From an uncultured bacterium (GTDB lineage: Bacteria > Krumholzibacteriota > Krumholzibacteriia > LZORAL124-64-63): DNA of 64,000 nucleotides. The stretch's first letter is position 1; every line of letters begins with the position of its first letter. Below are positions 39,109-49,372 of the stretch, in pieces. The DNA lies in assembly GCA_963727525.1 (NCBI GenBank), contig CAVSGO010000008.1, positions 192,001-256,000 on the forward strand, written 5' to 3'. The translations under genes were made by a program, and so were the position numbers. The notes under the pieces were generated by a model that was given only the letters and a program-made list of their open reading frames with translations, was not told where the DNA came from and searched no databases.

Positions 39109-39846
39109 TCAGGCGCCCGGCTCGTGCCCCTGCGGCGGCGGCGCGACCGTGTCCGCCGCCTGAAACGGCGAGGCCGCGAGCGCCCGGGCGACGCGTCGAT
39201 TCGACAGACGCCACATCAGCGGCACCAGCACCACGAGTCCGAGCGCGCCGGGCAAGATGCCGATGAGGAGCGCATTGAAGGCGCCGTGCAGCAACATGGC
39301 CAGGCCCAGCCCGCCGCTCACGATGCGCCGGCGCCGTGCCGGATCCTGGAAACGCGCCCAGCCCAGTGCGTAGCCCCACATCGACGACCAGACCGCATGC
39401 CCCGGCACCGAGAGCAGCGCGCGCAGCCAGAACACGGCCGCTGCGGCCGTGAGCGGGCCCGTATGCGGCGAAAACCGCGACGGATCGCTGTAGGCGCCCA
39501 CGACATACAGGGCGTTCTCCGCCGATGCAAAGCCGAGCGCCGCGGCCACCGCGTACACGATACCGTCCATCGGCTCGTCGAACTCGGGGTTGCGGAAGAC
39601 GAAGAACCAGACCACGGCGAACTTGCACAGCTCCTCGACGATCGGCGCCACCACGGTTGCGACCACGGCGTGTCCGTGGAATGGGGCCTCGAGGAGGGCG
39701 GCGGGCACCACGAAGACCATGCCCAGCACGAAGGTGCGCAGCACCAGCCGGCGTGGTTCCGGCTCGAAACGATCGCGACGGTAGAAGAAGAGCAGCCAGA
39801 ACAGGCCCGGGGCGAAGGCGACGGCGGCGAGGGCGGTGGCGGTCAT
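39109..39846 (-). CDS. PrsW family intramembrane metalloprotease
   Basis: DRFEPEP, APIVEELCK, DGIVY, GFASAEN, PGHA and LHGAFN. Confidence 0.92.
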   Translation of the reverse strand: MTATALAAVAFAPGLFWLLFFYRRDRFEPEPRRLVLRTFVLGMVFVVPAALLEAPFHGHAVVATVVAPIVEELCKFAVVWFFVFRNPEFDEPMDGIVYAVAAALGFASAENALYVVGAYSDPSRFSPHTGPLTAAAAVFWLRALLSVPGHAVWSSMWGYALGWARFQDPARRRRIVSGGLGLAMLLHGAFNALLIGILPGALGLVVLVPLMWRLSNRRVARALAASPFQAADTVAPPPQGHEPGA

Positions 39847-39927
39847 GGCCGGTTTCCTTGGGGATCGCGGTTTGACACCGCGGCGCGACGTCGTCTAGTG
39901 TCGCACCATAACCCGAGGGAGGGTGCC

Positions 39928-40341
39928 ATGTCATTCGAGAACGCGCCTCGCAGGATCGGATCCGCCCTGCTCGCCACCACGCTGATGCTCGCCCTGCTCG
40001 CCGGTTGCGGCGGCAAGACCGCCACGCCCACCGCGGACATGTACACGGTTCGCGGCGTCGTGGAAAAGCTGCCGCAGAGCGACGGGCCGGACAGGAGTCT
40101 GTACATCCATCACGAGCCGATTCCCGGGTATCGCGACGAGAACGGTGCCACGGTCGGCATGATGGCCATGACCATGCCCTTCCCGGTCGCGCCGGGCGTG
40201 TCGCTCGACGGTATCGCGCCCGGTGACCCTGTGGAGTTCACCTTCGCCGTCACCTGGAAACCGAAGTCGGGCTACGAGATCACGGCGATTCACGAGCTGC
40301 CGCCCGACACCGTGATCGACTTCGACGGCGGGCAACAATAG
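39928..40341 (+). CDS. CusF-like copper-binding lipoprotein
   Basis: Lipobox LAGC; IHHEPIP...MMAMTMPF and GDPVEFTF. Confidence 0.8.
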   Translation: MSFENAPRRIGSALLATTLMLALLAGCGGKTATPTADMYTVRGVVEKLPQSDGPDRSLYIHHEPIPGYRDENGATVGMMAMTMPFPVAPGVSLDGIAPGDPVEFTFAVTWKPKSGYEITAIHELPPDTVIDFDGGQQ

Positions 40342-40347
40342 GTCCGG

Positions 40348-41037
40348 TCAGGCCAGCAGGATCGCCAGCAACCCCGACACGACGATGCCGTCGAAGGTGC
40401 CGGCGCCACCGATGCTCATGAGGCCCGTGGAGATGCGGCCGATGTCGCGCAGGTGCAGGAGATCGGCGCCCACGAGGGGGCCGAGCACGCCGGCGCAGAA
40501 GGCCATGGGTGCGCGCAGCTCAGGTCGCGCGACACCGAAAGCCACCAGGGCGGCCACCGCCGCCGGCACGAGCGCCGGCAGCGCGATGCCGACGTTGGCC
40601 ACCGGCCGCGCCAGACGCCAGCACACCAGCACGTTGATGGCCACGGCCACGACCAGTGGGACCAGTGCCGCCGTGCCGCCGACCGCGGTGATCCGCGCGA
40701 TCTCGTGCAGCACCAGCAGTGCCGGGATCACGCAGCCGCCCACGTTGACGGCGATGACCGTGTGTTGCTGCGACATCCGGGGCGCGCGCGTCCAGCGACC
40801 GCTGCCGAACATGTCATGGAAGCGATACGGTGGCGAGTCGAGCGGCTCGTCGCGCTCGTACCGGCTCACCGGGATGTTCACGAGGCTGCCGAGGAAGATG
40901 CCGAACGTGGCCAGCATGGCCGTGGCCGGCGAGAGGCCGAGCCGTGCCAGCGCGCTGACGATGATGTCCGTGATCAGGTACGGCAGCACGAAGACCACGA
41001 ACAAGAACACGACGATGGAAGCACAACCGCGCGGCAT
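40348..41037 (-). CDS. DUF1614 membrane protein
   Basis: GSLVNIP, IAVNVGGCVIP, LVGADLLHL and SIGGAGTFDGI. Confidence 0.9.
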   Translation of the reverse strand: MPRGCASIVVFLFVVFVLPYLITDIIVSALARLGLSPATAMLATFGIFLGSLVNIPVSRYERDEPLDSPPYRFHDMFGSGRWTRAPRMSQQHTVIAVNVGGCVIPALLVLHEIARITAVGGTAALVPLVVAVAINVLVCWRLARPVANVGIALPALVPAAVAALVAFGVARPELRAPMAFCAGVLGPLVGADLLHLRDIGRISTGLMSIGGAGTFDGIVVSGLLAILLA

Positions 41038-41056
41038 GGGCAGCTCCTTCGGGGGC

Positions 41057-42316
41057 CTACGTCGGGAGCATGCGGCGCAGGAATCGATGGATGGTCGCGC
41101 CCTGCACGAGGATCGAGAATAGCACGACCACGTACGTGCAGGTGAGGATCAGCGACTTCTCTGCGATGGGTGGCAACGACAGCGCCAGGGCCACCGAGAT
41201 CCCGCCGCGCAACCCGGCCCAGGTGAGAATGCGCACCACGCCGGGCGAGAACGCCACGCGCCAGCGCATGACGGTGATGGGCAGGGCCACACTCACGAAG
41301 CGCGCCGCCAGCACAACCAGCACGGTGACCAGGCCGGCGATCACGCGCGTCGTGGCGAAGCCCACCATCAACACCTCGATCCCGATCAGCAGGAAGAGGA
41401 TGGCGTTGAGGATCTCGTCGATCAGCTCCCAGAACTTCTCGAGGTAGTCGGCCACCGTCTCGCTCATCGCGAAGCGCCGACCGCGGTTGCCGATCAGCAG
41501 CCCGGCCGTGACCATGGCGATGGGGCCGGACACCTGCAGCCGCCAGGCCAGGCTGTACGCCCCCATCACCAGGGCGAGTGTGATCATGACCTCCACCTTG
41601 TAGTCGTCGATCGCCAGCATCAGACGGTACGCGATATACCCGGCCACCATGCCCAGCAGGGCGCCGCCACCCGCCTCGCGCAGGAACATCCAGGCCACGG
41701 CGGTCGGCCCCATCTCCCCGGCGTGCGCACCATGGCCGGCTCCGGGCAGGAGCGACACCAGCGCCGTGAACACGACCACCGCCACGCCGTCGTTGAAGAG
41801 CGACTCGCCGGCGATCTTCGCCTCCAGCGACGGTGGCGCACGCAGGGTCTTGAGCGCCCCCATCACCGCGATGGGATCCGTGGGGGAGATCAGCGCCCCG
41901 AAAATGAGGCAGGCGAGGAACGTGGCCTGCAGATGCAGGGCCTGGAATAGCCCGTAGCTGAGGCCGGCCACCACGGCGGTGGAGATCAGCAGGCCCACGG
42001 TGGCCAGCAGCGTGATCGTCCAGCGCCGTCGCAGCACCACCTCGAGGTCGGCGTGCAGCGCCCCGGCGAAGAGCAGGAAGGCCAGCATGCCGTGCATGAG
42101 GGCCTCGTTGAAGTTGATGTTGGCCACGAAGCCGCGCACCTGCGGCACGATGCCGGCGTGGGGGAACGTCACGTGCACCAGCAGCAGCGTGAGCGACACC
42201 GCCAGGCTGATCGCCAGCAAGCCCACCGAGGGCGCCAGGCGGAGGTAGCGCACGTTCACGAAGCCGAAGACGGCGGCCAGCACGATCAGGACGGACGTGA
42301 TGTCGAACAGAGACAT
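41057..42316 (-). CDS. Na+/H+ antiporter (CPA1/NhaP family)
   Basis: [25 protein letters not shown] and [10 protein letters not shown]. Confidence 0.93.
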   Translation of the reverse strand: MSLFDITSVLIVLAAVFGFVNVRYLRLAPSVGLLAISLAVSLTLLLVHVTFPHAGIVPQVRGFVANINFNEALMHGMLAFLLFAGALHADLEVVLRRRWTITLLATVGLLISTAVVAGLSYGLFQALHLQATFLACLIFGALISPTDPIAVMGALKTLRAPPSLEAKIAGESLFNDGVAVVVFTALVSLLPGAGHGAHAGEMGPTAVAWMFLREAGGGALLGMVAGYIAYRLMLAIDDYKVEVMITLALVMGAYSLAWRLQVSGPIAMVTAGLLIGNRGRRFAMSETVADYLEKFWELIDEILNAILFLLIGIEVLMVGFATTRVIAGLVTVLVVLAARFVSVALPITVMRWRVAFSPGVVRILTWAGLRGGISVALALSLPPIAEKSLILTCTYVVVLFSILVQGATIHRFLRRMLPT

Positions 42317-42333
42317 GGAGGCCCTTCCGCGGT

Positions 42334-43119
42334 TCAGGGGCGGATCGCGATGAGCGCCGCGAAGCGTCCGGCTGCGACACCCTCGCGTCGCCAGCTCCAG
42401 AAGCGCTCGCCCTGGCAGAGCGTACATACGCCGCTGCCCACGATCTGGTCCGACGGCACGCCCACGGCGCGGAGCTGGGCGACGTTGGCGGTCCAGAGGT
42501 CGAAGTGCCAGCGGTCGCCGCGTGGCGTGAAGTACCTGGCCGCGATGTCCCCCAGCGCCGCAAGGGCCTGTGCGCGCACCTCGGGGCCCACCTCGTAGCA
42601 GCACGGTCCGGCCGAGGGGCCGATCGCGGCGACGATGGTGTCGGGTTCCACGGCGAAATCGGCGACGAGGCGCGCCACCGTCGACTCTGCGATACCCGCC
42701 ACCGTGCTGCGCCACGACGCATGCGCGAATCCCACGGCCGGGCGTCCCGCGCGGTCGCGCCCGGCCACGAGAACCAGGGGGCAATCGGCGCTGCGGCCGA
42801 GCACGGCCAGCCCGGGCGTGGCCGTCACGAGCGCGTCGGCCGGACCGGCGAGGCCGCCATGCGACGCGGCCAGCACCGCCCCGCCATGGACCTGCTTGAC
42901 CCAGGCCACATCGCCGGCGCCGACGGCCGCGGCCGCGTGCCGCGCGCCCGCGGCGCAGCGGGGATCATCGCTGGAGTCGCCGAAGGCCGGCCCGTCGCGC
43001 GTGGTCACGCCGTGCGTCACGTCGGGCCACGCGGCGAGGAGGGCGAAGGTCCCGACAGGGAGGGGCCCGCTCTCGCCGATGGCGAAGGGCGGGCCGGGGA
43101 GCTGGCTCGGTGCGGCCAT
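42334..43119 (-). CDS. pgeF: YfiH/PgeF polyphenol-oxidase-like family protein
   Basis: [25 protein letters not shown] and CTLC...FWSWR. Confidence 0.9.
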   Translation of the reverse strand: MAAPSQLPGPPFAIGESGPLPVGTFALLAAWPDVTHGVTTRDGPAFGDSSDDPRCAAGARHAAAAVGAGDVAWVKQVHGGAVLAASHGGLAGPADALVTATPGLAVLGRSADCPLVLVAGRDRAGRPAVGFAHASWRSTVAGIAESTVARLVADFAVEPDTIVAAIGPSAGPCCYEVGPEVRAQALAALGDIAARYFTPRGDRWHFDLWTANVAQLRAVGVPSDQIVGSGVCTLCQGERFWSWRREGVAAGRFAALIAIRP

Positions 43120-44405
43120 CAGAAGTTGAACTGATCCATGAACTGGAACGTCCAGGCGTGCACGCGCTCCTTCGCCGCCTCGAACCGGAGCTGCCAGGTC
43201 GCGACGTTCAGGTGCACGCCCGCGCCGAAGCTCTGCAGCGCGCGACCGGGATCCTCGTGCTCGCCCCAGGCGTCGCCCGCGTCCGCGAAGGCGTGCAGCC
43301 CGAAGCCCACGTTCTCGCCCGTCGTGGAGATGGGCATGAGGACGAGCGGGTAGCGGATCTCCACCGAGAGCAGGTAGCCCTCGTCGCCCTCGCGCTGGGC
43401 ATAGGGTGCGCCGCGCACGGTCTCGGGGCCACCATAGAACAGGCGGCGCTCGATGGCGGCCGGTGCGTCGGCGAGCCGGCCGTAGGCGTGCAGCGCGAGG
43501 ATGGCCGCCGTGGGCACGTCCACGAAGATCCGCGTGTCGCTGCTGACGAGCGTGAGGTCGGGGAAGCCGTTGTCGAGCCGGCGTTCCACCGCGAACTCCT
43601 GCATGATCCCCTGCCGCGGGTAGTAGGGATTGTCACGCGTATCCACGCCCACCACGCCGCGCAGGAGCCAGTCCTCACGCGTACGGGCGGGCCGCAGGCT
43701 CGACGGGCCGGAATCGCCGGGAACCGTTTCCTCGTAGGGGTCGCGCTGGTCGAAGCTCTCGAACGCGCTGCCCATCTCGGCGTAGAACGGGCCGGCGAAC
43801 CGCTGCCGCAGCGCGAGGCCCGCATGCCAGGTGCGATCATCGAATGGTCGGAACACGAAGCCGCCCTGTTCCCACGCGCTCTCGAGGCGCAGGCTCAGGC
43901 CGTCGCGGCCGCCCAGCCAGGGCTTGGTCCATGCCGCGCTGAGTCTCTGGATCCGGTACGCGAGCACCTGCAACTCGAGCACTTCGCCGCGGCCGCGCAG
44001 GTTGCCGTCGCGCAGCCAGCCGCCCAGCAGATACTTGTGGCGACGGCTGAAACGCGCGTATGGTCCATAGTGCAGCGTCTTCTCCTCTTCCACCGACACC
44101 AGCAACGTCACCTCGCCGTCCTCGTCCTCGCGATCGAGATCGACGAAGGCGAAGAACCCACTATCCTCGAGACGATCCCACACCGTGTCGAAGAGCCTGT
44201 CGGGAAAGGGCTGCCCGATGGTCACGCCCATCACCCGCAGCACGATGTCGCGGCCGGTGTGCGTGTTGCCCTCCACGACGACATCGCGCAGGACGGGCGC
44301 CGGCACGTCGGCCGCGGTTGCGGCGGTGGCGACGAGGAGCAGGCAGGCGGCGAACATACGGGCAGGCCACGGCGTCCACGCCGCAGCGATCCGGAACGTA
44401 GGCAT
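43119..44405 (-). CDS. Omp85 (BamA/TamA-like) outer membrane protein with one POTRA domain
   Basis: Signal, VVVEGNTHT POTRA, DGNLRGRG, DTRDNPYYP, GGPETVRG and terminal F. Confidence 0.85.
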   Translation of the reverse strand: MPTFRIAAAWTPWPARMFAACLLLVATAATAADVPAPVLRDVVVEGNTHTGRDIVLRVMGVTIGQPFPDRLFDTVWDRLEDSGFFAFVDLDREDEDGEVTLLVSVEEEKTLHYGPYARFSRRHKYLLGGWLRDGNLRGRGEVLELQVLAYRIQRLSAAWTKPWLGGRDGLSLRLESAWEQGGFVFRPFDDRTWHAGLALRQRFAGPFYAEMGSAFESFDQRDPYEETVPGDSGPSSLRPARTREDWLLRGVVGVDTRDNPYYPRQGIMQEFAVERRLDNGFPDLTLVSSDTRIFVDVPTAAILALHAYGRLADAPAAIERRLFYGGPETVRGAPYAQREGDEGYLLSVEIRYPLVLMPISTTGENVGFGLHAFADAGDAWGEHEDPGRALQSFGAGVHLNVATWQLRFEAAKERVHAWTFQFMDQFNF

Positions 44406-44443
44406 GATCCTCCCTCGACCGTGGGGGGACAGTCAGCAGCGGG

Positions 44444-45175
44444 TCAGCGGTTATTATCGTCAGGACCGACGAATTGTCCAGTGGCCTCCGAGACCTGCTC
44501 GGTCACGGGCGGTTGCCGCGTGTACGTCGCGAGATTCGTGCACACCAGGCCGAAATCCTCGAGATCGTCAGTCAGGCAGTCCGCGCGCAGGTCGGCCAGC
44601 AGGGTCTGCACCGTCACGGGATCTACGGCGCGATCGGCGGCGAGCTGCGTGAGATGGGCCTCCAGTCGCGAACGCACGAGCGTGTCGAGCACCTGCCGCA
44701 GGAATGGCGGCTCGAACGACGGCACGCCGCGCAGGAACGACTCCCAGAAGGCGACGGGGCCGGTCACGGTGAGCGAGCATGCGCCGATGAACGGGATGGG
44801 GCAGCGCACGCAGCCGGGACCGTCGATCCAGAGGGTGGCGTCGTCGCGCCACCGCCAGCTGATGGGCTCGTCCATGTGGACGAAGGTGAGGCGTCCGGGC
44901 GCGGTCTCGCGGGGGCCATCACCCACCTGCAGATGGTGCGTGCCGGCGAGGAAGACGCCCTTCAGGTCGCCGTCACGCTCGAGCAAGCCTACCTGGTGCT
45001 CGGCGAGGTGCAGGACGAGGCGATGACCGGCAAAGAAGGCGAGGTCGAGGGGGCCCTGGAGCACGCCCTGAGACGGATCGACTGTCCACTCGCGCACTTG
45101 ATCGGCGTCGTCGTGCGCCTCCCAGGTCCGTTCGCGAGCCAGAGCTTTGGGTACGTGATGATCGGTCCGCGCCAT
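44444..45175 (-). CDS. Hypothetical protein, weak SPFH/Band-7-like appearance
   Basis: LVLHLAEHQVGLLERDG...VFLAGTHHL; ends with DFGLVC. Follows the upstream gene with a 3-nt gap. Confidence 0.6.
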   Translation of the reverse strand: MARTDHHVPKALARERTWEAHDDADQVREWTVDPSQGVLQGPLDLAFFAGHRLVLHLAEHQVGLLERDGDLKGVFLAGTHHLQVGDGPRETAPGRLTFVHMDEPISWRWRDDATLWIDGPGCVRCPIPFIGACSLTVTGPVAFWESFLRGVPSFEPPFLRQVLDTLVRSRLEAHLTQLAADRAVDPVTVQTLLADLRADCLTDDLEDFGLVCTNLATYTRQPPVTEQVSEATGQFVGPDDNNR

Positions 45176-45178
45176 GAT

Positions 45179-45706
45179 TCAATTCCTCCTCGGCCAGCTG
45201 AATTCCGATTCCCAGCCCAGACCGAGCAGGAAATTGCGTTGCTCGGTCGTCTGACTGAAATCCGCGAGATCGTGCAACAAGTGCGGCGCCTCGCGCAGGA
45301 ACCACGCGGCCTCCGGCAGGTTGTCGGCCAGCTTGCGTGTCAGGCGCAGGGCCTGCTCCACGAGCAGGATCAGTCGCACGTCGAGTTCCTCGAGCTCGGC
45401 GATCGTGGCCTCGCGTTCGCCGACGAGATACACCTGCCCCTCGCGGTCGAGACGCCGGAAGATCGAGCCGATGACGTCGATCAGGCCATCGATCATGCCC
45501 TCCTGCTCATCGCTCAGCAGGTGCGCGTGATTCTCGGCGATACCCAGCAGGTGGTCCCCGCAATCCTTCAGCAGGCGTCCCAGCGCGTGGCGAAAGCTCT
45601 GTTCGCCGAGCACCGCGTCCCGGCGGGAGCGGTAGCGTCCGTACTCGGGCATGTGTTCGATCAGGGAGGTCAGCTCGAAGGGGCTCATCCGCGCGGCCGA
45701 CGTCAT
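45179..45706 (-). CDS. Hypothetical alpha-helical protein
   Basis: AGGAGAG RBS and host-like codon usage. Confidence 0.7.
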   Translation of the reverse strand: MTSAARMSPFELTSLIEHMPEYGRYRSRRDAVLGEQSFRHALGRLLKDCGDHLLGIAENHAHLLSDEQEGMIDGLIDVIGSIFRRLDREGQVYLVGEREATIAELEELDVRLILLVEQALRLTRKLADNLPEAAWFLREAPHLLHDLADFSQTTEQRNFLLGLGWESEFSWPRRN

Positions 45707-45980
45707 GATGTCTCTCCTGCAGAGGCTGCGACCGTGGGCAGGGGCAACCGTGTTGCGGTCTGCCCGGATGCCGATGCGTTGCTCCCGGAATGGCAAGGAA
45801 CGTTCCGGCGCAGCGAGACGGGCCGCGCCTTCGTCGGATGGCCTGGGAAACCTTGGTGAATACGGGAGTTGCGCGAATGCGCCCGGGCAGGAACAGTCGT
45901 GGCACCGCCACGGTGGCCCCCCGCACCATGGCAGATCGCCTCCGCGCGGGGCTATCGGGTCCGATCCTGCAAACCTGCGG

Positions 45981-46877
45981 CTACCAGCGCCCGACGGGGT
46001 TGACGAGGCGTCCGATACCCTCGATGGCCACCTCGATCGTGTCGCCCGGCTTCAGGAAGACCGGCGGGTCGCGGAATACGCCCACGCCGCCGGGCGTGCC
46101 CGTGGCGATGATGTCGCCCGGCAGCAGCGTCATGGACCGGCTGATGTAGGCGATCAGGGCGAACGGGCCGAAGATGAGCTGCTCCGTGTTGCTGTCCTGC
46201 ATCACGGTGTCGTTCCAGCGGCCGGTGATGCGCAGGCCGCGCGCCTGTGCGGGCAACTCGTCGGGCGTGACGATCCAGGGCCCGCAGGGGCCCCCGGTGT
46301 CGATGCTCTTGCCGCGGAACCACTGCTTGTCGGCGTACTGGGCCTGACGGTTGGATACGTCGTTGAAACACGTGTAGCCGGCGATATGGTCGGCGGCGTC
46401 GCGCTCGCTGATCGCGCGACCCGGCTTGCCGACGATCACGCCCAGTTCGGCCTCGGCGTCGACCTGCGTGAGGTCATCCGTGAGTTTGATCGGCAAACCC
46501 GGTGCCTGCAGGCAGCTCGGCGCCTTCGAGAAGAGGAGGGGCGCCTCGGGTAGCGGCTTGTTCTGCTCCAGCGCGTGGTCGCGGTAATTCAACCCCACGC
46601 ACACGATCTTCGACGGCAACAGCACCGGGGCCAGCAATTGCACGCGCGGCAGCGCCACGAACGGTAGCGTCACGTCGTCGGCCGCTGTGCTGCCCAGTTC
46701 GGCGGCGCGCGCCGCATACTTGTCGTGGATGCGCCGCACCGTGTCCATGTCCTGGAAGAGCACGTGCCAGTTGCCGGGCAGGGTCGGGTCGGCAGCCAGC
46801 AGATCGAGGCCGAGGGTCTCGCTGTAGGCGAGGCCGGGCCGCGTCTGGGTGCCTTGCGTGAACGTGATGAGCCTCAT
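45981..46877 (-). CDS. Fumarylacetoacetate hydrolase family protein
   Basis: KIVCVGLNYRDH, DAEAELG, NDVS, WFRGKS and GDIIATGTPGGVG. Confidence 0.93.
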   Translation of the reverse strand: MRLITFTQGTQTRPGLAYSETLGLDLLAADPTLPGNWHVLFQDMDTVRRIHDKYAARAAELGSTAADDVTLPFVALPRVQLLAPVLLPSKIVCVGLNYRDHALEQNKPLPEAPLLFSKAPSCLQAPGLPIKLTDDLTQVDAEAELGVIVGKPGRAISERDAADHIAGYTCFNDVSNRQAQYADKQWFRGKSIDTGGPCGPWIVTPDELPAQARGLRITGRWNDTVMQDSNTEQLIFGPFALIAYISRSMTLLPGDIIATGTPGGVGVFRDPPVFLKPGDTIEVAIEGIGRLVNPVGRW

Positions 46878-46912
46878 GGCGGCATTATGGTGGGGAACGT
46901 GCGGGATGTCTG

Positions 46913-46950
46913 CAATAAATTCGCCGAGCCCGCAGGGGCGGGCCCGGCGA
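46913..46950 (-). terminator. Intrinsic terminator of hsp20
   Basis: Minus strand TCGCCGGGCCCGC-CCCT-GCGGGCTCGGCGA followed by ATTTATT. Confidence 0.6.
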
Positions 46951-46972
46951 TCGTGGGTTACCGGGGTCGCGG

Positions 46973-47368
46973 CTACCTGACCTCGATCTTTCGCGGCAGG
47001 CTCCTGGTGCTCTTGGGCAGCGTGATCGACAGCACGCCGTCCTGCATTTCGGCCTGGATGTTGTCGGTCTCCACCGCGGTGCCGAGGGAGAAACTGCGGC
47101 GGAAGACGACCTTGTCGACCATCTCGCGTCGGCGGACCTTGTAGCCCTCGGGCAGGCTGAAAGTGCGCTCGGCCTTGACGTTCAGCATGTCGTCCTCGAC
47201 GTTGATCTCCAGATCCTCGTTGCGAACGCCCGTGAGATCCATCACGATCCGGAAGTCCTTCTCGCCCTCGAGGATGTCGGCGCGCGGCGTGCGCTCGTTC
47301 GAAACGGCGGGCCAGAGGTTGGCGTCACTGTTCTCGAGCGCTTGGAAGAGAGTGGTCAGCGGGTACAT
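46973..47368 (-). CDS. Hsp20/alpha-crystallin small heat shock protein
   Basis: PRADILE, FRRSFSL and DGVLSITLPK. AGGAGG RBS. Confidence 0.92.
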   Translation of the reverse strand: MYPLTTLFQALENSDANLWPAVSNERTPRADILEGEKDFRIVMDLTGVRNEDLEINVEDDMLNVKAERTFSLPEGYKVRRREMVDKVVFRRSFSLGTAVETDNIQAEMQDGVLSITLPKSTRSLPRKIEVR

Positions 47369-47455
47369 GGTCGATCCTCCTGGTTTCTGTCCTGTGTCGT
47401 CCTGCTTATTGCGGCGGGGCTGTCGCCCCACGTTGACTCGCTTGCCCCAGGCCAA

Positions 47456-47472
47456 TACAACCGGCGTGCCGA
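47456..47472 (-). promoter_or_regulatory. Sigma-54-like promoter candidate for hsp20
   Basis: TCGGCACGCCGGTTGTA versus TGGCACG-N4-TTGC; the -12 element reads GT rather than GC. Confidence 0.3.
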
Positions 47473-47576
47473 ACGCCAGGATCCAGGTAAAAATTGTATA
47501 ACTCGCTGCCATTGAATGGTTTGAAATACTCCTCCGTCCGCCGGTCGACGCTCTGGTCTGACACCGGGCCGCAGCC

Positions 47577-49316
47577 GTGACAGTCCGCTCATGTCACACT
47601 GGCAGTTTGCGATGGCGATCTGTCAGCGTCTTGTTCCTCCTCGCCGCGATCGCCGTCGCCTCCACCGTCGGCGCCGCGACGGTCGCGACCACGGTACCCC
47701 TGCGGATCGGGACCATTCGTATCGAGCGCGACGATATCTTCTCCACAGAAGAGATCGCCGCGGCCCACGGCCTGAATCGCCTGGTGCGGCGTACGATGAA
47801 CGCTCTGCACGTCAGCACCCGCCCGTGGGTGATCCGCAAGGAGCTGCTCTTCGCCGCCGGGGACACCCTCGATACGGCCCGGCTCGAGGAGACGGCGCGC
47901 AACCTGCGTAGCCTGGGCATCCTGGCCGGCGTGACGGTGACCCCTGTGGACACCACGGCCGATGGAAGGGTGACGGTGGCGGTGCGCTACCGGGAGTCGT
48001 GGACACTCACCTCGGGTGTCAGTTTCGCGCTCGCGTCGGACGGCAGTGCGCGCTGGCGCGCCGATGCCACCGAGCAGAATTTCCTGGGACAGGGCGTAGC
48101 CCTGCGCGCCACCGTCGGACAAGACGCCGATGCGTCCTACGGCAGCCTCGCCTTTCGCCAGGACCGCTTCCTCAAGTCGCCCTTCTCCCTCGAGCTGAAC
48201 TACGACGACCGCTCCGACGGCTATTACCGCTGGGCCCGCGCGATGCTGCCCTTCCGCAGCGACGACCAGGCGTGGATGGCGCTCGCGCACGGATGGCAGG
48301 ACAACCGGGAGGTTCGCTGGTACCTCAGCCACACCGATCACGGCGTCGCCGCGGACGACGAAGCGAGCCTCTATGCCCTGCTGCCGCGTCGCTATGACGG
48401 TTTCGAGCTGCTGGGCGGACGGCACGTCGGCCCCACCCGGCGCGGGCGAGTATGGCGGATCGGTGCCGGCGTGCATGTCGAGCATCTGCGCTACGATTTG
48501 CGTCACGGTCTGTTCGAGCTGTCCGACGATCGCGTGGTCGATCTCTCCGACCTCGGCGAGGCGGGCAGTCCGCTCGCTCGGGTCACCGGCACCGCCGTAT
48601 GGCCGCTGGTGTGGCTGCAGACACAGGGGCGCACCTGGACCACGGCGCACTACGTGATGCGCTACGGCGACCAGGAAGACCTGCCTCTCGATCCCGTACT
48701 CGAATTGCGGGTAGGGCCGCAAGGGCCCGCCGTCGGCTCGACGACCCCCGGTGCAGCGAGCTGGCGGGTGAAGGCCAACGCGGACGACTGGTCGCGACTG
48801 GGACCCAGCTTCGTCTATGTCCACCTCGAGACGGACGCCGTCCTGGCCGAGCGGGAGACGCGCCACGGTTACGGTGAAGCGCTCGTCAGCCTGTTCTGGC
48901 ACCATACCGACGGCGCGCGGCCACCCATCACCCGCGTCACGGCCGAGGCGGTGCGCGCCTGGAACCAGCGCGGCGAGCTGCTACCGGTTCTCGGCCTCGA
49001 TCGCGGGCTGCGCACGCTCGCGCTCGACGGCATGGCCGGCGACCGTCTCGTGCGCTGGAACGTGGAGCACGGACAGCCGCTGCCTCTCGTGCTCCTCGGG
49101 ATGTTCCAGATGGGCTGGGCGGCGTTCTACGATGGTGGGGTGGCCCGGTTCGGGGACGAACCGCGGGGCGTCGCCGACGCGCGCCAGGAGCTGGGCGTAG
49201 GCTTGCGCCTGGGTGCCACGCGCTCGGGCGCGGCCGATGTCGCCCGCATCGATCTCTCGTGGTCGCTCGACGGAGGCGGCCCGGTGATCACCAGTGTTGC
49301 TCGCGGGTTTTTCTGA
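47577..49316 (+). CDS. Omp85-like outer membrane beta-barrel protein with POTRA-like N-terminus
   Basis: TRPWVIRKELLF..GD, LEETARNLR, EQNFLGQG, GLDRGLR and terminal GFF. Confidence 0.8.
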   Translation: MTVRSCHTGSLRWRSVSVLFLLAAIAVASTVGAATVATTVPLRIGTIRIERDDIFSTEEIAAAHGLNRLVRRTMNALHVSTRPWVIRKELLFAAGDTLDTARLEETARNLRSLGILAGVTVTPVDTTADGRVTVAVRYRESWTLTSGVSFALASDGSARWRADATEQNFLGQGVALRATVGQDADASYGSLAFRQDRFLKSPFSLELNYDDRSDGYYRWARAMLPFRSDDQAWMALAHGWQDNREVRWYLSHTDHGVAADDEASLYALLPRRYDGFELLGGRHVGPTRRGRVWRIGAGVHVEHLRYDLRHGLFELSDDRVVDLSDLGEAGSPLARVTGTAVWPLVWLQTQGRTWTTAHYVMRYGDQEDLPLDPVLELRVGPQGPAVGSTTPGAASWRVKANADDWSRLGPSFVYVHLETDAVLAERETRHGYGEALVSLFWHHTDGARPPITRVTAEAVRAWNQRGELLPVLGLDRGLRTLALDGMAGDRLVRWNVEHGQPLPLVLLGMFQMGWAAFYDGGVARFGDEPRGVADARQELGVGLRLGATRSGAADVARIDLSWSLDGGGPVITSVARGFF

Positions 49317-49372
49317 GTTAATCTGATCGCGCCCGCGTCCGCGGCAGTGGATGGTACGGGGGAGGAACTCGC

